Virus record (IMG/VR): IMGVR_UViG_3300021431_000113
Span: 1-64,000 of that record
Direction: 5' to 3' (one strand)
DNA: 64,000 nt
Origin: a virus
Taxonomy: Duplodnaviria; Caudoviricetes
This document shows, piece by piece, positions 1-7,593 of the stretch. The position numbers and the translations under genes were made by a program. How positions within the stretch are numbered: position 1 is the first letter of the stretch; each line of letters starts with the position of its first letter. The notes under the pieces are model-generated. The model saw only the letters and a program-made list of their open reading frames with translations, had not been told where the DNA came from and did not search any database.

Positions 1-7
1 TGATGAA

Positions 8-81
8 TTGGATAAGTGGGATTCGAACCCACATCCTTCTGCACTTATAGCAGCGCTTTCTCCTCATTAAGCTATTATCCG
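8..81 (-). tRNA. atypical tRNA-like gene, isotype undetermined (loop TATAAGT, nominal TAA)
   Basis: Acceptor CGGATAA/TTATCCA (C1:A72 mismatch), D stem GCTT/AAGC, T arm GTGGG-TTCGAAT-CCCAC; anticodon stem only 4 bp (CTGC/GCAG). Confidence 0.6.
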
Positions 82-208
82 TATATAAACTCGCCAGTTT
101 ATATATTTTTAGTATGCATACATTTTCTTTTTAGGACAGAAAAATTAATACCTGCTGTTCTTCTTTCTTTTACTTCGCAAGAACTCAGTTTCAAGTAACG
201 AAGGCGCG

Positions 209-283
209 CTGGCACGGTAGGATTCGAACCTACGGAAACTGGCAGATTAACAGTCTGTTCGCATACCACTTGCGGACGTGCCA
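209..283 (-). tRNA. tRNA-Asn(GTT)
   Basis: Acceptor TGGCACG/CGTGCCA, anticodon loop CTGTTAA, T arm GTAGG-TTCGAAT-CCTAC. Confidence 0.9.
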
Positions 284-617
284 AAATTAAAGAGGGGAAG
301 GAAGAGTTGCGGATAGGACGTCCGCCTCTTTCTACAAGGTCTTACATCTTCAGTAGATACTCATAGTTACAATCATTACTTTCACTACCTTATAGCCTAA
401 CTTCCACTGGAGTATTTCTTAACTCACTCTCTTATTTTATATAAATGAAACAGTTTCACAGCTTTTAGCAAGTCCAGTCCGATTTTATCTTGCTTTCCTG
501 TACACCTGGCACACTCTTTATTCCCCATTTGGAGCTAATCATTCCTCCTAGCGTGTTACTCTTAACAAGGTTTGCAACCCTTTGTTAAGTTTCTTTTCTG
601 TTTCATTTTCTATATAT

Positions 618-646
618 ATTATACTAAAATTTTTTAAAAATTGCAA
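618..646 (-). promoter_or_regulatory. sigmaA-type promoter inside the tRNA cluster
   Basis: Minus strand TTGCAA-N17-TATAAT. Confidence 0.75.
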
Positions 647-658
647 AAATTTTAGTAG

Positions 659-729
659 AACGGGTAAACGGATTTGAACCGTCACCAAATGCTTGGAGGG
701 CACTTATGCTACCATTACACCACACCCGC
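659..729 (-). tRNA. tRNA-Gly(TCC), C at position 33
   Basis: Acceptor GCGGGTG/TACCCGT, anticodon arm AGTGC-CCTCCAA-GCATT, T loop TTCAAAT. Confidence 0.88.
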
Positions 730-811
730 ATATAAAGCAGATTATTGCGAACTTGCCATCTGCCAGGGCGGCACCTTTATTTTATATAGCGAAGGTCATG
801 TATCTCCGCTA

Positions 812-881
812 AGTGCCGAGTTGGAGTTGAACCAACCTCACTGATTTTGCAGACCAGCCGCCTTCCGCAGACATTCGACAC
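812..881 (-). tRNA. tRNA-Cys(GCA)
   Basis: Acceptor GTGTCGA/TCGGCAC, anticodon loop CTGCAAA, T arm GTTGG-TTCAACT-CCAAC, U73. Confidence 0.85.
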
Positions 882-963
882 ATATTCCTACTCACCATAT
901 ATTGAATTCGTCCGGACTCGTCCAACCTTTTGGGAGGGCTATCATATGGCTTTTGGAAATAAG

Positions 964-1048
964 TCGGGATAGATGGACTCGAACCACCGATGTTTCTTAT
1001 GTCTGGGTTTACAGCCCAGTGCAATCGCCACTCTGCTACCATATCCCG
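964..1048 (-). tRNA. tRNA-Tyr(GTA)
   Basis: Acceptor CGGGATA/TATCCCG, anticodon arm CTGGG-CTGTAAA-CCCAG, long variable region, T loop TTCGAGT. Confidence 0.9.
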
Positions 1049-1054
1049 ATGTTG

Positions 1055-1128
1055 TGGAGCTAACGAGGATCGAACTCGTAACCTTCTGTGTGCAAAACAG
1101 ACGCTCTCCCAATTAGAGCTATAGCCCC
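1055..1128 (-). tRNA. tRNA-Ala(TGC)
   Basis: GGGGCTA/TAGCTCC with G3:U70, loop TTTGCAC, T loop TTCGATC. Confidence 0.93.
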
Positions 1129-1137
1129 ATAATAAAG

Positions 1138-1209
1138 TGGGAAGTATAGGAACTGCCCCTATACGCCCTGGGCTTCAACCAAGCGCTCTTCTAATTGAGC
1201 TAACTTCCC
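1138..1209 (-). tRNA. tRNA-Phe(GAA) with non-canonical T loop
   Basis: GGGAAGT/ACTTCCC, anticodon arm CTTGG-TTGAAGC-CCAGG, T arm ATAGG-GGCAGTT-CCTAT. Confidence 0.85.
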
Positions 1210-1220
1210 ATATAATACTT

Positions 1221-1381
1221 ATTCTTGGGTGGGGATTTACACCCCACATAAATACCAGTTCCCATATAGCTTTTACTACTATATCTCAATATTCTCGTCA
1301 AATATACGCCTATCTACGGCTCAGAACTTGTTTCCATATTTCAGGACTACACTATGCGTCTACTTATTCCGCCACCAAGAA
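1221..1381 (-). ncRNA. 161-nt tRNA-like RNA with large structured insert in place of the anticodon arm
   Basis: Acceptor TTCTTGG/CCAAGAA, D arm TGGCGGAATAAGTAGACGC, T arm GTGGGG-TGTAAAT-CCCCAC; about 105 nt between the D and T arms. Confidence 0.75.
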
Positions 1382-1384
1382 CAA

Positions 1385-1704
1385 TGGACCTGGCGAGAGT
1401 CGAACTCGCGTCTCAAAATACTATCTTACAATCCTTTTACGCAATAGGCTTTAGGGAGCCACCCAACATAAGGTAATAAGGTTTACCTACTCCACCAGGC
1501 GAAAGTGTGTCCGCCGCACTCAACTGTTTCAGTTTTCGATCCTCAAAGTTTACAGAAAACAGATTACTCTACACTTCTTTTGGAACCTAATAGGATTAGG
1601 CAGCCATTCTATATTCGTTTGCGTTTATTTTTAAAGGTGACTTAACGATGTCGGTCGTGCGAGATTATAAGCTTCATACCCTGATCGATACCCCTTACAA
1701 GCCC
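1385..1704 (-). ncRNA. ssrA: tmRNA, tag peptide ANEYRMAA*
   Basis: 5' GGGCTTG pairs with 3' CAGGTCC-A (G3:U70); T arm GCGAG-TTCGACT-CTCGC; resume context AAATAAAC-GCA, tag ORF 1622..1596 ends GCT GCC TAA. Confidence 0.93.
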
Positions 1705-1744
1705 TAATTTAATTATTATTATTTCTCTTTCATTTTCTATAATA

Positions 1745-1773
1745 ATTATAACAAAATTTTAATAAAAATGCAA
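1745..1773 (-). promoter_or_regulatory. sigmaA-type promoter upstream of tmRNA
   Basis: TTGCAT-N17-TATAAT with TG before -10. Confidence 0.75.
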
Positions 1774-1774
1774 G

Positions 1775-1858
1775 CGCAGTGTGAGGGAGTCGAACCCCCG
1801 CTCCGTTGCCGAAGGACGATTTTCAAGACCGCTTAGTGCGCCGACCACAATACACTGC
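1775..1858 (-). tRNA. tRNA-Ser(TGA), atypical D arm
   Basis: GCAGTGT/ACACTGC-G73, loop CTTGAAA, long variable arm, T loop TTCGACT. Confidence 0.82.
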
Positions 1859-1996
1859 AAATTATAATCATATTTCATTTATTCCTTCTATTCTGCCCTC
1901 CGAAGGACTGAGAGGTTGCTGAGCAACTAACTTTATACACATTACGACCTCACTCTCGGTCATTGGTCACCATCTCTGGCGAAATATGATTATGAA

Positions 1997-2082
1997 CGCG
2001 GAGAGGAAGATTCGAACTTCCGAAACGAGATTCGTTTAACGCCTTAGCAGGGCGCCGCTTTCAACCACTCAGCCATCTCCGC
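1997..2082 (-). tRNA. tRNA-Ser(GCT)
   Basis: GCGGAGA/TCTCCGC-G73, anticodon arm CGCCC-TGCTAA-GGCG region with loop CTGCTAA, long variable arm. Confidence 0.92.
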
Positions 2083-2221
2083 AGGTGTAAGGGTGTCACT
2101 AAGCAAAACTTCTCCCTGTTTTACCCCTTACTATTTACACCGACTGTCGCTATCAATGTAAACTAGGACATAAGTTATTCTCAAGTCAGGCTACGACATT
2201 AATACCTTTCTTGACGCTTGT

Positions 2222-2294
2222 AAGCACCGACGGGATTCGAACCCATGTTACCACCGTTAAAGGGCAGTGTCTTAGACCACTTGACTACGGTGCA
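2222..2294 (-). tRNA. tRNA with TTA (ochre) anticodon in a tRNA-Glu body
   Basis: GTCAAGTGGTCTAAGACACTGCC-CTTTAAC-GGTGGTAAC is a Glu-type body whose usual loop CTTTCAC reads CTTTAAC here. Confidence 0.88.
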
Positions 2295-2471
2295 TAAACT
2301 AGAATATTATCGCGAAATTATCTAGGAGATGATTAACCGATACCTCACAAACATATCTTTTTACTCAAAAGACCAGAGGGGTTCTTCGTTAACCCATAAC
2401 GGACTGCTCTTAGCTCACAAAGTTTAGCAGCCAAAACTCGGATACTTTCACAGCGTTTTCTTGCTGGTACG

Positions 2472-2542
2472 AGCTCCCGCCCAGACTCGAACTGGGATTG
2501 ATAGATTACAAATCTACTCGCCTACCATTAGCGGATAGGAGC
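2472..2542 (-). tRNA. tRNA-Thr(TGT)
   Basis: Anticodon arm GTAGA-TTTGTAA-TCTAT, T arm CCCAG-TTCGAGT-CTGGG. Confidence 0.88.
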
Positions 2543-2648
2543 ATGTGCGGGTACGTTTTAGGCTACCCTCCCGCTTTAATGCCACGTCGGATTTTCAATT
2601 AGGTCGGACGCGCGACCTTTTTTACTCATTTCTTTATCTTACATATAA

Positions 2649-2677
2649 ATTATATCAAAAATTTTTAATAAAATCAA
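2649..2677 (-). promoter_or_regulatory. promoter at head of the tRNA cluster
   Basis: TTGATT-N17-TATAAT. Confidence 0.7.
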
Positions 2678-2686
2678 CCAAAAATT

Positions 2687-2968
2687 TTATTCATAAATAT
2701 TATCTCTTTTTACTTCATTCAATTCAGGTATAATCTTTTTGAATTTACGACCAGAGATTTTATAATCATTTGCCCAATCATCATTAAGCTGATATACAAC
2801 CTCATCATAATCGCTTACACAGCCAAAGTATTCAATTTCCATAATATCATAATATTTACCAAGTTTATAAAGAGCATCAGATTCGTCTTTCCCAAATACA
2901 ATACCATATTTTCTTTCAGTTCTATTGTCATCTAAATTATACTCTAATATTATATATTCATAAACCAT
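2687..2968 (-). CDS. hypothetical protein (93 aa)
   Basis: ORF with GAGG RBS and own upstream promoter. Confidence 0.75.
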   Translation of the reverse strand: MVYEYIILEYNLDDNRTERKYGIVFGKDESDALYKLGKYYDIMEIEYFGCVSDYDEVVYQLNDDWANDYKISGRKFKKIIPELNEVKRDNIYE

Positions 2969-3040
2969 AATTATTATACCTCTTTTCTTTATTTTCTATA
3001 ATAATTATAGCAAAAATTTTAAAAAATTACAAAAATAAAA

Positions 3041-3463
3041 TTAATCAATTATATAAATATTTGCAGTTCTTCTTCCAAATTGAATACAAGAGTCATAACT
3101 ATCCATATAAATGTCAATAACATTACTAGCCATTCCACCAGTATCATGGATATAAACTTCTCCATACCCTTCTATATAAATCCAATGATGCCATAAACGA
3201 CTATCGTTACTTGCGGCGGTGAAGCCTGAAGACGGATAGACGCCGTCCGCGCAAGGATTTCCAGTCCAAGTATATGCTGTTAATTCATAAGTTCCCATAT
3301 AATATTCAGTTTTCTCTTGCTCTTCCATCATGTTTTGCCATAGCTCAACTACATCAGAAGGTATACCTGATGGAGGATTAAGCTCTTTTGCTAAACAATT
3401 AAAGTTGCAAATCCATAAAAATAAGCCAGCTAATATAAAGCTGGCAAGTAGTTTAATTTTCAT
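3041..3463 (-). CDS. 3D-domain (Asp-Asp-Asp) peptidoglycan hydrolase-like protein with N-terminal signal/TM segment
   Basis: Motifs ELTAY, ADG, TAAS, HDTGG, VIDIYM typical of 3D domains; hydrophobic N-terminus. Confidence 0.8.
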   Translation of the reverse strand: MKIKLLASFILAGLFLWICNFNCLAKELNPPSGIPSDVVELWQNMMEEQEKTEYYMGTYELTAYTWTGNPCADGVYPSSGFTAASNDSRLWHHWIYIEGYGEVYIHDTGGMASNVIDIYMDSYDSCIQFGRRTANIYIID

Positions 3464-3521
3464 TGTTATTTCTCCTTTTTCTTATTGCACACAAAGAAAA
3501 TCTCGAAAAACGCAGAAACTG

Positions 3522-3812
3522 TCACTTTCTCTTATAGCATTTTTCCCAGTATTTAAGATAATCTTTTAAAGTTTTAAAACGATTACGAATCCATGAATCT
3601 TCTTCTGCTGATTCATACTCATTAATAGCTTCTTGTCTTGTTTGCCTAAACCACCAATCAGATATATCATATGATTCGTAACACTTTCTATATGATTTTC
3701 CTTTTTTAGGAAGTTTATCTTTTGCATTACGAGCTTTTTTATTTGCATATCTTTTAATATACTTATTTGCAGGGTCTTTGCTAACAGGACTTTTTTTATA
3801 GCTTCTGCTCAT
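3522..3812 (-). CDS. basic hypothetical protein (MSRSYKK...)
   Basis: ORF with GGAGG RBS. Confidence 0.75.
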   Translation of the reverse strand: MSRSYKKSPVSKDPANKYIKRYANKKARNAKDKLPKKGKSYRKCYESYDISDWWFRQTRQEAINEYESAEEDSWIRNRFKTLKDYLKYWEKCYKRK

Positions 3813-3867
3813 TATAAACCTCCTTTTGGAAAAACATAATATATATCTATTTTATGGGATACCTATT

Positions 3868-4170
3868 TTAACAAATTGTCCAATTTTTATTACGGGCGAT
3901 GCGATTCATATCAAGAAGGTATCTATGAGCATCTGAATAATTTTCCCATGCAAAGATAAGTAATGACTTACCATTATTGCTTTCTGGATACCATCCTTGA
4001 ATAGTAGCATGATATTCATTTATTAACAACAGAACGAAATCTTCTAAGGATACACCAAGCATACGTGCGGGATGCCACCATCCAGCACTATCATTTGCAA
4101 GATCATTAACATCAGCTACGTGCCAATGAGTACCTGTTTTCCATTCTGACATTTTTAATAAATGAGCCAT
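3868..4170 (-). CDS. hypothetical protein
   Basis: ORF with AGGAG RBS, coupled to upstream gene. Confidence 0.75.
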   Translation of the reverse strand: MAHLLKMSEWKTGTHWHVADVNDLANDSAGWWHPARMLGVSLEDFVLLLINEYHATIQGWYPESNNGKSLLIFAWENYSDAHRYLLDMNRIARNKNWTIC

Positions 4171-4180
4171 ATCATTCTCC

Positions 4181-4465
4181 TTATAAACCTAATCTATCCA
4201 TCAAATTTGCTATGTTCTGCTTTTCTTCTTCTGAGGGAGCTGCGGCGGGGACGTTTACTGCCACATTGGACTCAACCTGACTTTCCACGGAGGCGCCATC
4301 ACCGCCCACATTAGTCTTAGCGCAGGTTAATGCAATCTTAATTTCAACTCTCTGACCATCTTCTTCCATTGGAACACGCAGTTCCTTACCATATTCAAAA
4401 GCTTCAGGAAATACTTCCTTTATCTTAGCTATAACCTCTTGTTTTGCAACTGCACCTTTAGCCAT
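4181..4465 (-). CDS. hypothetical protein
   Basis: ORF with GAGG RBS and own promoter. Confidence 0.8.
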   Translation of the reverse strand: MAKGAVAKQEVIAKIKEVFPEAFEYGKELRVPMEEDGQRVEIKIALTCAKTNVGGDGASVESQVESNVAVNVPAAAPSEEEKQNIANLMDRLGL

Positions 4466-4527
4466 TAGTTTTACCTCTTTCTTTCATTTTCTATAATAAT
4501 TATATCAAAATTTTATATAAAATGCAA

Positions 4528-5361
4528 TTATTCCTTATCTTTTGCTTTAGGAGTAACTACTGTATTTGTCTTTTCAAGCCTTTCAGCAAATCCTTTTACA
4601 GCTCTACATAAGTTGCAATATCCGCCAGTGATACATCTCTTTCCGCATCGTAATCTCCATTCACCGAATTCTCTTGGTAGTCTACGGCTATCAAGTTCTT
4701 CATCAAAACCTATAATAATTTCACCTATATTACCATACCAATATCCTCTACGATAAACTTCATACATAACCTCTTGAATAGAAGCATCTCCTTGAAATTC
4801 AATACCGGAAGTATATTTTTCATATTCTTCAACATCTTCTGGTCTAATAAAAAATTTCCTTAAATTAGGGATACCATTCCATGCGGATTGTGCAACATTT
4901 GCAAATAGTCTAATTCCAACTTCATATGCGTCACATTCAGCTTTAACCTTGTCTAAGCAAAAACCTAATATATTAGTTATATAAACTTCACATGGATTTA
5001 AGCTTAATACATATTGAAGAACTTCCCAATTACCAACAATATCAGTAAACATATATTTGTTGCAACATTCTTTAAGGGCTTTAAGTTTAGTGTTATCTAC
5101 AATATCAATCTGTTTATCTGAAACAGTTTCAATAGGAAGTTGTAATACCCAATTAGGATATTTTCTTAACGCTTGAAAGCGTTGAATCATTTCTCTGCTT
5201 ATAAAAAGATTATATTTACTTATATCAATATATATAATTTGATTAGAATGAATTTCTATAAATTTTTCAAGTGTTTCATCATTAGGATTATAATCTATCC
5301 TAATTTGAGAAGCTTCATCTATAAATTTCATATCTGGCGCACAATATTTAATACATAACAT
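4528..5361 (-). CDS. hypothetical protein with C-terminal Cys cluster (CxxxC...CxxC), possibly U32-like
   Basis: GGAGG RBS; RCGKRCITGGYCNLC; family assignment is a weak inference. Confidence 0.6.
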   Translation of the reverse strand: MLCIKYCAPDMKFIDEASQIRIDYNPNDETLEKFIEIHSNQIIYIDISKYNLFISREMIQRFQALRKYPNWVLQLPIETVSDKQIDIVDNTKLKALKECCNKYMFTDIVGNWEVLQYVLSLNPCEVYITNILGFCLDKVKAECDAYEVGIRLFANVAQSAWNGIPNLRKFFIRPEDVEEYEKYTSGIEFQGDASIQEVMYEVYRRGYWYGNIGEIIIGFDEELDSRRLPREFGEWRLRCGKRCITGGYCNLCRAVKGFAERLEKTNTVVTPKAKDKE

Positions 5362-5433
5362 TAATTAATCCTCCTTATATACAAATAAAGTAGCGCAAAC
5401 GCGCTACCTTACTTGTTTAATACATATTGGTTG

Positions 5434-5841
5434 TTACTCAGCATCCTCTGCTGGAGCTTCTGTTGTGTAAGCTACAACCTTACGACCATCTTCGGTCTTA
5501 ACCTGTGTCTTATAAATCTCACCATCTTTTACAAGCTGGCTTGCTCTGTAAGTAACCTTAGCCTTTGTGATTTCCGGATATTCATCTGCAAGTTCCTCTG
5601 CGATAGCTTCAGCAGTCTTTGGCTCAGCTTCGATAGCTTCTGCGATAGCATCCTTAAGTTCATCTCCCTCAGCTTTCTTAGCAGCTCTACGCTCTTTTTC
5701 CTTCTCAGCTCTCTTATCAAGTGCAGCAATCTCTCCCTGAAGAAACTCTACGTATTCCTGAACTTCATCTCCAAAATTCTCTGTAAGTGTTGCAATAAGA
5801 CCATTATACATATCTTTCTTTGTAATCTTCTTGTCTGCCAT
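5434..5841 (-). CDS. helical N-terminus plus winged-helix DNA-binding protein (paralogue 1 of 4)
   Basis: KTAEAIAEEL...TKAKVTYRASQLVKDGEI pattern; similar to 5965, 16402, 21592. Confidence 0.65.
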   Translation of the reverse strand: MADKKITKKDMYNGLIATLTENFGDEVQEYVEFLQGEIAALDKRAEKEKERRAAKKAEGDELKDAIAEAIEAEPKTAEAIAEELADEYPEITKAKVTYRASQLVKDGEIYKTQVKTEDGRKVVAYTTEAPAEDAE

Positions 5842-5964
5842 TGTTTTTTACCTCTTTCTCTTTTTTTAATATTTTCTTACTTTGTACTTATATTATATCA
5901 AAAATTTTTATCTTTTTCAAGGGGCGGTGCTCCTCGGCACCACCCCAGCCACTTTATGCCTCAT

Positions 5965-6336
5965 CTATGCCAGCTTATATACTGTCACCTTACGGTTTTC
6001 AACCTTTGCCTTATCACGCTCAAGCACACCCTCGTTTGCAAGCTTTCCAGCGTAGTAAGCTACACGACCTGGAGTAGCTCCCTCAAGACCAACTCCAGCA
6101 ACCAGCTCAGCAAGAGTGATTGCTCTACCAGCTTCCTCAAGAGCCTTAGCTATTGCAGCCTTGTACTCCTCAGCCTTTTCAGCGTTCTTCTCACCACGCT
6201 TCTCAGCGACCTTGCCTGCACGTGTCTGGAGTCTTGCGATTTCCTTATCAAGAAACTCTACATACTCCGGATAATTCTGAACATAACCCTTTATTGCTTC
6301 AAATCTTTCTACCTTAGTAACCTTTGCCTTTGCCAT
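5965..6336 (-). CDS. winged-helix protein (paralogue 2 of 4)
   Basis: Start moved to ATG at 6336 by RBS; ITLAELVAGV...RVAYYAGKLANEGVL. Confidence 0.65.
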   Translation of the reverse strand: MAKAKVTKVERFEAIKGYVQNYPEYVEFLDKEIARLQTRAGKVAEKRGEKNAEKAEEYKAAIAKALEEAGRAITLAELVAGVGLEGATPGRVAYYAGKLANEGVLERDKAKVENRKVTVYKLA

Positions 6337-6500
6337 AATTAACACCTCTTTCTTTCTTTTTAAATTAATTTGTTTTTCATTTTCTATACTTATTATACTA
6401 AAAATTTTTTATTTTTGCAAGTTTATTATTTTTTGTAACTTTGGTGTCATTTCTTACTTTCTATATATATTATACTAAAATTTTTTATTATTTGCAACTG

Positions 6501-7127
6501 TCAACTTATGGATTCAAAATAGCCAGCGTAATCAAGTACAATAGGTCTACCATTCTTATATCCAATATTACTCAGATTAAGATCATTAATTCCATGACTT
6601 GCAATAAAATTTAAAAATTTACCGTATATATCTTTTCCATAATACTGAATGAATTGATTTGCCCAAATTACATCAACAAAAGTACGACAACGTTCTTCAG
6701 TATAACTCTTTATTTCATCACATTCTTCTTTTGATAACAAAGTTCCGTCATAGTTGTAAGGTTCATCTACATACTCAGCCTTATATAACCAAGTATCTCC
6801 TATCTTATCAAACTTTGTAATGCGGGCGAAGCACTTTTCTAACCCTTCCTTTACTGCATCTTTGTAAAGCTGTACTTCTGTTTCACAATACTTTTCCCAA
6901 AGACCATTAAAGTCAAACTTCATTACAAAAGATGGTGTATGTGAAGGGTATACAGGAACAAAGCATCCTCTGGTTGCACCATAAAAGAAATCAAAAATAT
7001 CATTACCCCAAAAGAGCTTTTCATTATTATCATAGTCTATATTATCAAAAGTTATATCTTCTATACATATTTCATTTTCATCCAAATATCTTTCTATATC
7101 TTTAACGAAAGCTTCTGGTGTAATCAT
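6501..7127 (-). CDS. protein-kinase-like protein
   Basis: FVMK (beta3 Lys), E in CETEV, catalytic-loop-like DLNLSNIG, DFG-like LDY; start reset to ATG 7127. Confidence 0.65.
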   Translation of the reverse strand: MITPEAFVKDIERYLDENEICIEDITFDNIDYDNNEKLFWGNDIFDFFYGATRGCFVPVYPSHTPSFVMKFDFNGLWEKYCETEVQLYKDAVKEGLEKCFARITKFDKIGDTWLYKAEYVDEPYNYDGTLLSKEECDEIKSYTEERCRTFVDVIWANQFIQYYGKDIYGKFLNFIASHGINDLNLSNIGYKNGRPIVLDYAGYFESIS

Positions 7128-7227
7128 AATTTTCACCTCTTTTTCATTTTCTATAATAATTATATCAAATTTTTTAAAAAATTGCAAAAAGACCCCGTGA
7201 TGTCCGGGGGTCTAGGTTTCTGCATTT

Positions 7228-7416
7228 CTATTTTTTAATACTTTTAACAAACTCTTCTACCTTCTCAAGAAATTTGTTTTCTTCTAGATAGAAAGGATCT
7301 CCATACCAAGAGATAAAGTTCACTATAAATTGACCAAATCTACAATCAGGGAACTCTTTTTTGTGTATTTCCTTTAGTTTATTATAAAATTTATCAAGTC
7401 TATTTGGATCTCTCAT
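7228..7416 (-). CDS. small hypothetical protein (MRDPNRL...)
   Basis: ORF with GAGGAG RBS. Confidence 0.75.
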   Translation of the reverse strand: MRDPNRLDKFYNKLKEIHKKEFPDCRFGQFIVNFISWYGDPFYLEENKFLEKVEEFVKSIKK

Positions 7417-7418
7417 TA

Positions 7419-7583
7419 TTATATCTCCTCTACTAATATTCTTTTTACTCTTTTAATATCATCTTTTAAACAAGTTGATTTTGTTTTAGCTAAAGCCATA
7501 TTCAAAGCATTAAAGCTCGCCTGGATTGTATGTTCAGTATTATCCTTAGCTATATATTCAATAGTAACTCTATATTTCTTCAT
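7419..7583 (-). CDS. small hypothetical protein (54 aa, below ORF-track cutoff)
   Basis: MKKYRVTIEY...LVEEI*, GAGGTG RBS, fills gap between neighbours. Confidence 0.65.
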   Translation of the reverse strand: MKKYRVTIEYIAKDNTEHTIQASFNALNMALAKTKSTCLKDDIKRVKRILVEEI

Positions 7584-7593
7584 AATTATCACC

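Noticed and set aside
300-400. Hammerhead-like core CTGAAGA...GAAA on the minus strand
   Set aside because: Stem II and III can be drawn, but no stem I partner or acceptable NUH site fits in either topology.
885-960. GGACGAGTCCGGACGAA resembling hammerhead CTGATGAGTCC..GGACGAAAC
   Set aside because: C3/U4 and the third A of GAAA are missing and stem II has no loop.
1-2700. HDV-like theta ribozymes at tRNA 3' ends
   Set aside because: No trailer inspected showed the nested double-pseudoknot pattern; a covariance search would be needed to exclude them fully.
16-2733. ORF-track ORFs in the tRNA cluster
   Set aside because: They overlap tRNA/tmRNA genes, mostly antisense, and lack RBS.
5413-6342. 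309-aa plus-strand ORF and similar antisense ORFs (14232, 14344, 15656, 19899, 26240, 37194)
   Set aside because: Shadow frames of well-supported genes; Phe/Ser/Leu-rich, no RBS.
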